Of a stretch of DNA of 64,000 nucleotides, positions 56,009 through 64,000 are shown one piece after another. The translations under genes and the position numbers were made by a program. This stretch comes from a virus (lineage: Duplodnaviria; Caudoviricetes): IMG/VR virus record IMGVR_UViG_3300037067_013379, positions 1-64,000 of that record. One strand, 5' to 3'. Under the pieces are notes generated by a model. It did not search any database, was not told the DNA's origin, and saw nothing but the letters and a program-made list of their open reading frames with translations. Positions within the stretch are counted from its first letter, which is position 1; each line of letters opens with the position of its first letter.

Positions 56009-57349
56009 TCAGGTGTCCTTTTGGGCTTCGCCGACGTCGGAGCGCTTCTCGCGTTCGACCCCGCCCCTCATTCCGGCGAGGCGGTCTTCGTCGCCGGTGT
56101 GTTCGGTGCGGTATAGGGGGCCGAGGGCGTTCGCGTTGCTGGCGATACGTCCGATGACCTCGGAGATCTTCGGCAGTTTGCTCAGGGACGCCTGGACGTC
56201 TGCCAGGAGGGCGACGAGTTTCGGCGAGGCTGGCAGTTCCTGCTCGCCTTGGGTGTGGAGGCGGACGACGGCCTGGGCGATGTTTTCCAGGTCGGCTTCG
56301 ACGCGTCGGAGTTCGCGCTGCTTCTCCAGGAGCGCTTGTTCGATGGATGGGAGGCACCGGCCCCATGCTTGCAGGCTCGGGGTGCCGTGGGTTTTGACCA
56401 TCTTGGTTGATCCTCCTTGGGGGTTGGCCGGTGTGTCGGGCGTTTCCTGACCGGCCGGTTCTTCTTCGTCGGTGTCGTCGGTGTCTTCGGGTTCGGTGTT
56501 GTTGGGGTCGTCCTCCTCGTCTTTGTCCTTGGGGCCGGCTGCGTCCCAGCCCTTCTTGATTTCTTCGGCGGTTCGGGTGAGGAATCCGGGGCGGTCGGAG
56601 TCGTCGTCGTTGCCCTTGTTCTTGCTTCGGTGGTCCTTGTCGCGGCCGTGGTGGTCCTTGTCGCGTCCGCCTCCAGGGCCGAAGAGGTCTCCGAGCCCGT
56701 TGCCGCGTCCTCCGGTTCCGTTGCCGCGTCCCCGGCCTCCGTTGGTGCCGGTGCCTCGTCCGCCTCCGGTGCCTCCGAAGAGACCGCCGAGGCCGCGTCC
56801 GCGTCCGCGTCCTCCGCCGGTGCCGTGTCCGCCGGTGCCGGTGCCGCGTCCGCGTCCTCCGAGGATGTTTCCGAGGCCGCGTCCCCGGCCGGTGCCGGTG
56901 CCGTGTCCGCTGGTGCCGGTGCCGCGTCCGCGTCCTCCGAGGAGTCCGGCGAGCCCGCGTCCCCGGCCGGTGCCGGTGCCGTGTCCGCTGGTGCCGGTGC
57001 CGCGTCCGCGTCCTCCGAGGATGTTTCCGAGGCCGCGTCCCCGGCCGGTGCCGGTGGCGCCTCTGCGGTTCCGTCCGAACTTGGCGAGGAACACGATCAG
57101 GGCGATCACGGCGATCGCGGCGTGGATGATGAGCCATCGTGTCCAGGAGCCGAGGGCTGCGACGAGGGCGAGTTCGGCCGTGGCTACGACCAGCGCGATC
57201 ACGATCACGGTCTCGCGGTTGATCTTCGGACGGCGACGCTGTGTAGTTGGTTTTGGGGTGGTGGTTGGGTCGGTTGGGGTTGGTGTGGGTGCGACCGGTG
57301 GGGTCGGTGGTGGTGGTGTGGGGGCGGGTGGTGGTGTCGGCGTAGTCAT
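56009..57349 (-). CDS. TraA/Spd-like membrane protein with Gly-Arg repeats
   Basis: Two TM helices; RG-rich repeats; C-terminal H..DEDR...R...E...DV as in genes upstream of actinomycete traB (recalled). Confidence 0.6.
   Translation of the reverse strand: MTTPTPPPAPTPPPPTPPVAPTPTPTDPTTTPKPTTQRRRPKINRETVIVIALVVATAELALVAALGSWTRWLIIHAAIAVIALIVFLAKFGRNRRGATGTGRGRGLGNILGGRGRGTGTSGHGTGTGRGRGLAGLLGGRGRGTGTSGHGTGTGRGRGLGNILGGRGRGTGTGGHGTGGGRGRGRGLGGLFGGTGGGRGTGTNGGRGRGNGTGGRGNGLGDLFGPGGGRDKDHHGRDKDHRSKNKGNDDDSDRPGFLTRTAEEIKKGWDAAGPKDKDEEDDPNNTEPEDTDDTDEEEPAGQETPDTPANPQGGSTKMVKTHGTPSLQAWGRCLPSIEQALLEKQRELRRVEADLENIAQAVVRLHTQGEQELPASPKLVALLADVQASLSKLPKISEVIGRIASNANALGPLYRTEHTGDEDRLAGMRGGVEREKRSDVGEAQKDT
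56822..57055 (-). repeat. Three tandem 78-bp coding repeats
   Basis: Encodes TGTGRGRGL(GNI/AGL)LGGRGRGTGT(S/G)GHG three times. Confidence 0.85.
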
Positions 57350-57519
57350 CGTTCCTCACTGTGTGTGACGTGTCTGGGGTGAGTGGTGTCTGGGTGTACT
57401 GGCGGTTTGGAGAAGGCCGGTTTCCAGGGATTTCGCGGCTGTCGGGGGGGTGTCGGGGTGACTGTCACCCCGTACACCCTGACACCCTGACAATAACACT
57501 GTGTAGATGGTGGCGCGTT

Positions 57520-57732
57520 TTAGAATGCGGACGCGATCCAGTTGATGAACGTGGTGACGCCGGAGACGACTCCGGCGATCCAGCCTCCGAATGCGGTGTC
57601 GGTGTCCCCGGCGATGTAACCGAGGGTGACGAACGCGAGGACCATCGCGCCGGTGGCGAGTCGTCTTGCGGAGAAGAAGATGTAGAGGCCGGCTGCTATG
57701 GCGAGGAGCGCGGCGAAGACGGACGAGGTCAC
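57520..57732 (-). CDS. Small two-TM Spd-like membrane protein
   Basis: Hydrophobic 70 aa within the tra cluster. Confidence 0.6.
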   Translation of the reverse strand: MTSSVFAALLAIAAGLYIFFSARRLATGAMVLAFVTLGYIAGDTDTAFGGWIAGVVSGVTTFINWIASAF

Positions 57733-58028
57733 GGTTTTGCCTCCAGATCGACGGTGTAGCGGGTGGTGGTGCCGTTGCGCATGGTTTCGACCTCGAACGT
57801 CGTGTGGTTGCGGAGGAGTTCGAGGGTCCAGACGCGGGCCTGGTCACGGGCGGGCTGCTCGGTGACGAACGTCGCGGGTTCGCGGAGTCGTCGGGTGTAG
57901 CAGTCGATGGCTGTGACGCGGTACGCCTGGGTGTTTCGGTAGAGGGTGATCTGCGCTCCCATGGGGGTCCGAACGGTGATCCACTCGTTGGTGTCGAGTG
58001 GGGTCTTGTTGTTCGGATGTTCCGTCAT
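57729..58028 (-). CDS. Hypothetical protein
   Basis: GGGGAG RBS; coupled to the next gene. Confidence 0.6.
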   Translation of the reverse strand: MTEHPNNKTPLDTNEWITVRTPMGAQITLYRNTQAYRVTAIDCYTRRLREPATFVTEQPARDQARVWTLELLRNHTTFEVETMRNGTTTRYTVDLEAKP

Positions 58029-58109
58029 CGCGCTCCCCCTAAATGGTCTCCCGTCAGTATACAGGCATGCCAGGAAATAGCCAACCTAGGGGGGCAGACT
58101 TGCGCGGGT

Positions 58110-58862
58110 CCCGTACGGCGTACGGGAACACGCCCCGTACGCCCCGTACGCCGAACCCCCGTACCAGGCAACCCCGTACGCCCCCGTACGCCCGTACGCC
58201 GTACGGGTCGGCCGTACGCCCCCGTACGCCCCGTACGCGAACACCGGGGACCCCGTACGCCCCGTACGTCGACACCCCGTACGGCCCCGGGCCGCGACTC
58301 CCCGTACGCCCCGTACGCCCGTACGCCCGCGCACCGTACGACCCCGCCTGTACGCCCATGCCCGTACGCCCCCCGCCCGTACGGGGACGGTTGGTGGGTA
58401 CGCCGTACGGGCTGTACTGGTTGGCGTCCCCGTACGGGGCCGTACGCCCGCACGGCCCCGTACGGGGTACGGCCCAGGGCAACGGTTGGTGTACGGCCGC
58501 GTACGGCCCGGCCGTACGGGAATCGCGTACGGGTACCGATCCGCGTACGGGCGGGTACGCCGTACGGCCCGTACGCCCGTACGGCGGTCGGACCGTACGC
58601 CCCGATCCCGTACGCCCCGTACACCAACCCCCGTACGGCCGCGTACGCCCCCGTACACCAACCACCCCGTACGCGTACCCCGTACGGCCCGTACGCCCGT
58701 ACGCCGGCCCCCGTACGGGCCGTACGGTCGGGATCGCGCCGTACGGGAAACCGCCCCGAACCATGATCGGATCGGGGCGTACGGGGCGTGCCGTACGGGG
58801 TCGTACGGGACCCGGACATGCGTACGCCCCCCGGTGGGTACGGGGGGCGTACGGGCCGTACG
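58110..58862. repeat. Dense irregular array of palindromic CGTACG (often CCCGTACG); candidate clt/TraB-binding locus
   Basis: About 48 exact CGTACG by manual count in ~750 bp, in all reading frames, with variable spacing. Confidence 0.85.
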
Positions 58863-58879
58863 GGGTGGTGTGGCGCACC

Positions 58880-59077
58880 TCACCATCCATCGGGATTGGT
58901 CAACATGTCGAGTGCCTCGGAGACGATCGTCTTCTCGTCGAGCCACGCGCGGGCCTGTTCGATGCCCTCGGCGACGAGTTCCCGGACCCGGGCCTCCGGC
59001 TCGTCCTGGCCGTAGAACGCGGCGTACTCGGCGATCGCTCGGGCGGCCCGGTATCCGGGGCGGCTGATGTCACTCAC
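58880..59077 (-). CDS. Small hypothetical protein
   Basis: AGGAGG RBS. Confidence 0.6.
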   Translation of the reverse strand: MSDISRPGYRAARAIAEYAAFYGQDEPEARVRELVAEGIEQARAWLDEKTIVSEALDMLTNPDGW

Positions 59078-59131
59078 GATGTCCTCCTACGGGGCGGCCC
59101 CCGGTGGTGTGCCGGGGGCCGGTGGGTGGTG

Positions 59132-59482
59132 TCACGCGGCACGGAGCGCCGTGGCGAGGTCCTCCGGGGTGGTGTCCTCGGTGAGGATGCGCGTGCGGTT
59201 CCGGAGGGTGGTGATGGCGGCCCGGACGCGGGTCTCGGTCGTGGCCGTCCGGACGGTCGCCATGAACTTGATGATCGTGTCGTACAACCGGGCGTCCGCC
59301 TTCGCGGCCCGTTCCACGGCAGCGGCCGTGGTGTACCGCTGGCCGGCTACCCGCGTGGGGCGGTTGGTGTTAGCGGCGAGGATCTTGTTGACGAGGCGGA
59401 ACGCCGTCCGGTTCGCGTCGATCGGGCCGATCGCGGTGTAGAGGTCGTTGATGGTGGTGAGGTGGTTCGTCGTCTGCGTCAT
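59132..59482 (-). CDS. Hypothetical protein, possibly leaderless
   Basis: ATG 7 nt after the TAGCGT -10 of the duplicated promoter. Confidence 0.6.
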   Translation of the reverse strand: MTQTTNHLTTINDLYTAIGPIDANRTAFRLVNKILAANTNRPTRVAGQRYTTAAAVERAAKADARLYDTIIKFMATVRTATTETRVRAAITTLRNRTRILTEDTTPEDLATALRAA

Positions 59483-59487
59483 GCCCC

Positions 59488-59532
59488 ATACGCTACCCGT
59501 GGCGTTAGGGGTTGTCGAGCTATAACGCTCAT
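59488..59532 (-). promoter_or_regulatory. Second copy of the 208-252 promoter/operator cassette
   Basis: 32 bp identical plus ATGAGCGTTA; 3 mismatches over 45 bp. Confidence 0.75.
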
Positions 59533-59614
59533 ACCTTTGGGCTTGATGCTGCGGAGTCTTCTGCCACCCATCCACCGGCCCCCGGTGGTGTGCCTGGGGC
59601 CGGTGGATGGGTGG

Positions 59615-60874
59615 CTAGTTCTGGCCGTTGGCGATCATCGTGATCGCCGTGGTGACCCGCTCCGCGACCGGCAGACCGGCGTCGAGCGAGTGAGCGCAGG
59701 TGACGATGTCCAGTACGCGCTTCGCCTGCCGGGCGAGGACCTTGTCGTCTCCGACGGTGCAGGCGCGCTCGATCGCGGACCGGCACAGGGACCCGGCCTG
59801 GATCAGACCGGTCAGGGCGTCCCAGTGGCGAACGACGATGTCCGCGTCGCGCTCGGCCGTGGTCATGGCGAGTGCCGTGACGGTCCGGCGTGCCGGGGTG
59901 CTGGTGATCGCGGGCTGGTTGCCGTTGTGCCGGTGGCCGTTGATCGGGGTGGTCGGGAGGTCGAGGACGGGGTTGCCGTTGGTCCGGTGGCCGTTGGGGG
60001 CCGCTGGTAGGGCCTCGACGTCGACGGTGGTCTCGACGGCCGGGTGCTCGATGGTGGGGGCCTCGGTGTCGCTGGCGACCCGTACGGCCTCGGTGCCGGT
60101 CTTGGTGACGGCCGCGATGCGGGCCTCGATCCCGTAGGCCAGTTCGAGGTGTGCGATCACGGCGGCTGCGGTTGTGGGGTCGGCCTTGAGCATCATGCGA
60201 CGGACCCGGCGACGCTTGCGCTCCTTGAACCACCGGGCGGAGGCGAGCATGTACGCGGCGTTCGTCAACTTCTCCTCGAACCGCTTGGCCTCGGCCTCGT
60301 CGACGGTTGTCTTCCCGGGCTTCCACGCGCCGAGGCGAATCAGGAGGTTGAGGGGGGTCCACATGAACCGGCCCCGGTTCTCCTCGCTCTGCTCCGCCGT
60401 CAACTTGATCCAGTGGAGGAGCGCGACCCCGAGGGGGAGGAGGATACGTAGTGCGATCTCGACGATGTTGGTGGACGCGAGGGCTACCAGGGTGCCCTCG
60501 GCCACGGCGACGATCCAGAACGCGGTTCCGAATGGTCCGGGTCGGCCGTGGCGGTCTTGGAAGTCCTTGGCGAGCCGGAAGAAGTTGACCATCAAGCCTT
60601 CGGCCACGGCGCATACGAAGATCGCGAGCCACCAGGGCAGGGGCATGGACAACTTGGTTGTGAGGACCCAGAACATGCCCTCGGCGGTGAGGGCCAGGAC
60701 CATGAGGGTTACGGCGTTGCTGAGGACGTCGCGGTCTTTGGTGGTGGTCTTGCGGCCGGTGACGCGTCGGATGGTGGCGATGAGGAGGGCGAGGGCGAGG
60801 CCGAGGGCCGCGATGATCGCGTAGTGTCCGTACTCCCCCCACATGTCGATGATGGTGTTGATGTCTAGGTTCAC
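59615..60874 (-). CDS. SpdB/DUF2637-like multi-TM protein
   Basis: Four to five TM helices, then coiled-coil and low-complexity tail; lies in the tra cluster. Confidence 0.6.
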   Translation of the reverse strand: MNLDINTIIDMWGEYGHYAIIAALGLALALLIATIRRVTGRKTTTKDRDVLSNAVTLMVLALTAEGMFWVLTTKLSMPLPWWLAIFVCAVAEGLMVNFFRLAKDFQDRHGRPGPFGTAFWIVAVAEGTLVALASTNIVEIALRILLPLGVALLHWIKLTAEQSEENRGRFMWTPLNLLIRLGAWKPGKTTVDEAEAKRFEEKLTNAAYMLASARWFKERKRRRVRRMMLKADPTTAAAVIAHLELAYGIEARIAAVTKTGTEAVRVASDTEAPTIEHPAVETTVDVEALPAAPNGHRTNGNPVLDLPTTPINGHRHNGNQPAITSTPARRTVTALAMTTAERDADIVVRHWDALTGLIQAGSLCRSAIERACTVGDDKVLARQAKRVLDIVTCAHSLDAGLPVAERVTTAITMIANGQN

Positions 60875-60983
60875 GGCTTCTCCCCGGTGTGTGTCGCGGC
60901 GTGTTTGTGCGTCCCCCGGAGTCTACCGTGCCCAATATAAATCCGCAACTTCATGGTGAGCATTTATTCGGGTGGTGACACGG

Positions 60984-61021
60984 GACGGCCCGACCCATCG
61001 TCGTGACCGGGTCGGGCCGTC
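60984..61021. terminator. Terminator-like hairpin
   Basis: GACGGCCCGACCC...GGGTCGGGCCGTC. Confidence 0.6.
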
Positions 61022-61029
61022 GTGGTCGG

Positions 61030-61626
61030 TTAGAAGACCAGGCACCGCATCGTGTCGGACCGGGACCGCTTGACCTCGTACATCGCCACGTCGGCATCGT
61101 GGATCATCTGGTGGAGGTCGATGCCGTCCTCGACCACCCTCGCTCCACACGACACGACGACCGTGATCTCGCCGTCCCGGGTCGGGATCGGGCAGGCCGC
61201 GATGTCCGAGACGATCCGGTTGAGGGTGCCCAGGACGTCCCAGCCGGACGGAATGAGGAGAAGGAACTCGTCGCCCCCGTACCGAACGCCGTAGCACCCG
61301 GACGCGATCAGGACGGACGCGACGTGGGTGATCACCCGGTTGCCGGTCTTGTGCCCGTAGGTGTCGTTGATCCGCTTCAGGAAGTCGACGTCGAGGAACG
61401 CCACGGCCCCGACCATCGCGGTCGGCTGGCGAAGGCCAGACCAGAACTCTCTGAGCCAGCGCAAGTTGTGCAGGCCGGTCAGTTCGTCGATGTCGCGGCA
61501 TCGCAGTTCCTGGTGCAATTCGTCGATCGTCTTCTCAAGGGAGTCGATCACGGTGTCACGGCGGGCGAGGTCGGCTCGTAGCGCGTCGATGGTGACCTGG
61601 AGTCTGGTGATGTCGTTGGTGGTCAT
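61030..61626 (-). CDS. Diguanylate cyclase (coiled coil + GGDEF)
   Basis: DELTGLHN, FLDVDFLKRINDTYGH, RYGGDEF and AD.AMYE.K motifs. Confidence 0.9.
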   Translation of the reverse strand: MTTNDITRLQVTIDALRADLARRDTVIDSLEKTIDELHQELRCRDIDELTGLHNLRWLREFWSGLRQPTAMVGAVAFLDVDFLKRINDTYGHKTGNRVITHVASVLIASGCYGVRYGGDEFLLLIPSGWDVLGTLNRIVSDIAACPIPTRDGEITVVVSCGARVVEDGIDLHQMIHDADVAMYEVKRSRSDTMRCLVF

Positions 61627-61737
61627 CGGTACCTCCGTGGGGGGACTTGGCTGGTCCTAAAATGCGAACCCTTGAGTTGCGCGTTTCGAGACTATCAACT
61701 AAACTCGGGGTCACACAACAGCGACCGGGGAGTGAAA

Positions 61738-62190
61738 ATGAGCGAGATCTGGGACGTCGAGATGGGGTACGTGACCAACCGACGCGGAGCGCGCCTGCAC
61801 CTCGTCATCGCTGGTGGAAGGTCCTATTGCAAGTCCTGGTCTGGCGTGGTCATCCGATCCCGCAAGGCCCAGGGAAGCGACGCCCCGAACGTCTGCAAGA
61901 AGTGCCGCGAGGCGCTGCGCACCACGCTCGTCAACGTCCTCAACATCCGGACCCGTCGGGCCGCCCCCGGATACGACCTCCACGGCGTACCCGGCAACCT
62001 GTCGATCATCGCCGGGTGCGAGGAACTCATCGAGGGCATGATGACCCCGGCCGAGCGCGCCGAGCGGGACGAGATGCTGGACACCATCCAGCGGAACCTG
62101 CGCGCCTCGTACGAGGCCGCGATCGCCCCGAAACCGATCCGCCCCATGGCAACCTCCCCGGAGAGTGACGACCAGCTAACGCTTTTCTAA
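61738..62190 (+). CDS. Hypothetical protein (H..C..CxxC)
   Basis: TTGCGC-17-TAAACT promoter and GGGAG RBS upstream. Confidence 0.65.
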   Translation: MSEIWDVEMGYVTNRRGARLHLVIAGGRSYCKSWSGVVIRSRKAQGSDAPNVCKKCREALRTTLVNVLNIRTRRAAPGYDLHGVPGNLSIIAGCEELIEGMMTPAERAERDEMLDTIQRNLRASYEAAIAPKPIRPMATSPESDDQLTLF

Positions 62191-62306
62191 CGAGGTTGGT
62201 CAACCACCCGAACCGGTACGTCCGGCCGGAACGCGCGACCGGACGTACAAGCGAAACCGTGTAGAGTCCATTTCCGCAGCACACACGAACCAGAGAGGTA
62301 CCACCC

Positions 62307-62693
62307 ATGTTTGACGTCCGAACCCTCGACGACACCGCGATCATGGCGATCGCCAACGACCCCGACACTGTCCGCCGGATACTCGGCGCGGTTGACCTGT
62401 TGACCATGGAGGGGGTTGGGGACCGGGTCGGTATCTCCTACTACCGGGTCAAGATCCTGCGCGGGAAGCGCGTTCGCCTCGAATCGGAGGGTGCCGGGGA
62501 CGAGACCATGCCGCGCTCCGACGCGCTACCACCGTCCCTGCCATTGCCGGGCGACCCGGTGTGGCACCCGATGGAGATCGAGACGTGGGGGCGACAGACG
62601 GGCCGGCTCGATCAGGAGGGAAACCCACAGCGAGCCCGGCCGACCGGTCGTCCGAGACGGCAGCGAGCGCGGACGACGACGAAGGCCGCGTAG
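62307..62693 (+). CDS. AlpA/MerR-like HTH regulator (repressor candidate)
   Basis: LLTMEGVGDRVGISYYRV; LPP....G.PVW....IETW. Confidence 0.6.
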   Translation: MFDVRTLDDTAIMAIANDPDTVRRILGAVDLLTMEGVGDRVGISYYRVKILRGKRVRLESEGAGDETMPRSDALPPSLPLPGDPVWHPMEIETWGRQTGRLDQEGNPQRARPTGRPRRQRARTTTKAA

Positions 62694-62705
62694 CACGCGG
62701 GAATA

Positions 62706-62739
62706 CGAACGGCCCCCGGTTCGCCAGCCGGGGCCGTTC
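62706..62739 (+). terminator. Terminator-like hairpin
   Basis: CGAACGGCCC...GGGCCGTTCG. Confidence 0.6.
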
Positions 62740-62898
62740 GCACGCAAGGACCAGCCAAGTTCCCGCGTCACCACCAGCATAGATGACGACGTCGATCTAT
62801 GCGGTTCGCGAGGGATGAGTGAACCGCGAGGGATGTCCACCGACCCGTGACGGGTTATCCACAGGCCAGCGTCGTACGCACGAATCGGACAAAGCACG

Positions 62899-63085
62899 TT
62901 TCCGCAGGTCGCACCATCGACGGATTTTCAGGGCATGGTAAATCCGTCAACGGGCGTGACCTGCGGAAAGGGGGTGTTTCCGCAGGTCGCACCATCGACG
63001 GCTGGTTAGGGCCTAACCAGCCGTCGTTAAAAGAAGAAGTACCTCTTTTAAGAAGTACCAAGAAGAAAAACCCCCCTACCCCCCG
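62899..63085. repeat. Origin-like segment: iterons, 31-bp perfect palindrome and A-rich tract, duplicating 31213-31320
   Basis: TTTCCGCAGGTCGCACCATCGACGG at 62899 and 62977; inverted variant at 62944-62969; palindrome at 62996-63026. Confidence 0.7.
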
Positions 63086-63226
63086 TGATCCGTAACGGTT
63101 CCGGCGCGTCGTGGTCGGGGCCGTGTCGTTGGGGGGGGGATATCTCGAAACACAAAACCTAGAGTTGTGCATTTCTAGCCCAACACCTATGCTGTGAGGT
63201 GCGACCAGCCAAGGGAGGGCAACGAC

Positions 63227-63634
63227 ATGACGATCACACTTCCCCTCGGAGCGCGCCTCGCAGCCGAGCGCGCGTACAACGACCTGCCACGCGAACACCG
63301 GCGCGACCCCGGCCGGGTGGCCGAGGCGCTCCTCACAGCGGCGGTTCCGTTCATGGCACCAGCCGTGGCGCAGTTGGGCCGGGGACGGATCACCCCAGAC
63401 GGCGCTGCCGACATCCTTCGCTACTGGCTCTCCGGCCAGACCACGGCCGCGCTCGCCGACCGATTCGCCGTGACACCACAGACGATCAACAAGTACGTCC
63501 AGCGTGGCCTGCTCCGCACCCGGAAACGCCTCGCCGCTGGTACCCCGATCGGGACGATCGCGGCCGAGAACCAGGTCACCCCGACCGCGCTCCGCGCCGT
63601 GCTCGACAACGAGGAGGCCCGCCGTGCCGCGTGA
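63227..63634 (+). CDS. HTH-containing protein
   Basis: GGGAGGG RBS; TTAALADRFAVTPQTINKY HTH. Confidence 0.65.
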   Translation: MTITLPLGARLAAERAYNDLPREHRRDPGRVAEALLTAAVPFMAPAVAQLGRGRITPDGAADILRYWLSGQTTAALADRFAVTPQTINKYVQRGLLRTRKRLAAGTPIGTIAAENQVTPTALRAVLDNEEARRAA

Positions 63635-64000
63635 GACCGCCATACCGGCCCTGAAACAGATCAACTGCCAGTGCGGGTCGATGGTGACCCTCGTCCCGTT
63701 CTCGGGCGACCACACCGTGATGATCCCGGTGGACGTCGATCGTGATCCGGACGGTGGGCTCGTCGTCGTTGGGAGCAAGGCGGGGTACACGATCCGGCCG
63801 GTCGCCGAGGGTGAGGAGCCGGAGGGGCGGTTCCGTCGCCGGGCGCACTGGGACACCTGCCCGCATATCTCCCGGTGGCGGGACGCGATGCGAGCGGCCG
63901 GGGTGGTCGGGCACGCCCCGACGAGTGATCCGATGAGGGCCGGGCCGTGTGCCCGGTGTCGGGAGCGTCACCCGTGGCACTACGGCGGCCCGGTCGCGTC
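63624..64000 (+). CDS. Partial Cys/His-containing hypothetical protein (runs off the window)
   Basis: GAGGAGG RBS; CQCG...PVD..HWDTC...CARC. Confidence 0.6.
   Translation, partial: MPRETAIPALKQINCQCGSMVTLVPFSGDHTVMIPVDVDRDPDGGLVVVGSKAGYTIRPVAEGEEPEGRFRRRAHWDTCPHISRWRDAMRAAGVVGHAPTSDPMRAGPCARCRERHPWHYGGPVA

Larger units (their letters stand above)
1..64000. mobile_element. Actinobacterial tailed phage/prophage (cluster-B-like morphogenesis module) carrying an AICE-like conjugation module; ends not visible in the window
   Basis: Terminase, portal, MuF, protease, capsid, tail, tape measure and lysins in canonical order (16.2-49.8 kb); high GC; no host housekeeping genes seen. Confidence 0.93.

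Noticed and set aside
58110-58862. CRISPR array
   Set aside because: The repeat is a 6-8 bp motif with irregular short spacing, there are no constant-length repeats or spacers, and no cas genes are seen
58025-58946. Several 260-290 aa ORFs spanning the CGTACG array as real proteins
   Set aside because: All frames give similar R/T/P/Y/G/V low-complexity text and the motif is not frame-locked; translation of one frame cannot be fully excluded
1-64000. Integrase/att site, tRNA genes, DNA polymerase/primase/helicase, reverse transcriptase (DGR or retron)
   Set aside because: No supporting motifs were found by eye in the ORF track or sequence; they may lie outside the window

Overview
The window is part of a high-GC actinobacterial tailed (siphovirus-like) phage or prophage genome. 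It has a near-complete morphogenesis set: terminase, portal, MuF, prohead protease, two capsid-type proteins, major tail, adaptors, tail chaperones, tape measure and minor tails. The portal, capsid and tail-tube motifs resemble cluster-B-type actinophages. There are two endolysins, a replication initiator with iterons, and many small promoter-driven accessory genes. No integrase, polymerase, primase, helicase, tRNA or CRISPR was seen. Most striking: the MuF gene contains a 328-aa intein (21628-22611) with no sense-strand endonuclease. Instead an HTH-repeat + Vsr/DUF559-like endonuclease gene is encoded codon-for-codon on the opposite strand inside it, with an apparent RBS and -10 box written into the intein's C-terminal codons. 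Other unusual elements: (1) a ParB-methyltransferase whose catalytic domain is split by a PLP-dependent enzyme domain; (2) an orphan queD-like/queE pair; (3) a nine-ORF glycosylation locus inside the head module; (4) a Streptomyces/AICE-type TraB-Spd conjugation module with a ~48-copy CGTACG array; (5) a diguanylate cyclase; (6) a secreted tandem rubrerythrin; (7) two distinct operator families; (8) a duplicated origin-like segment. All calls come from reading motifs by eye; no database searches were run.
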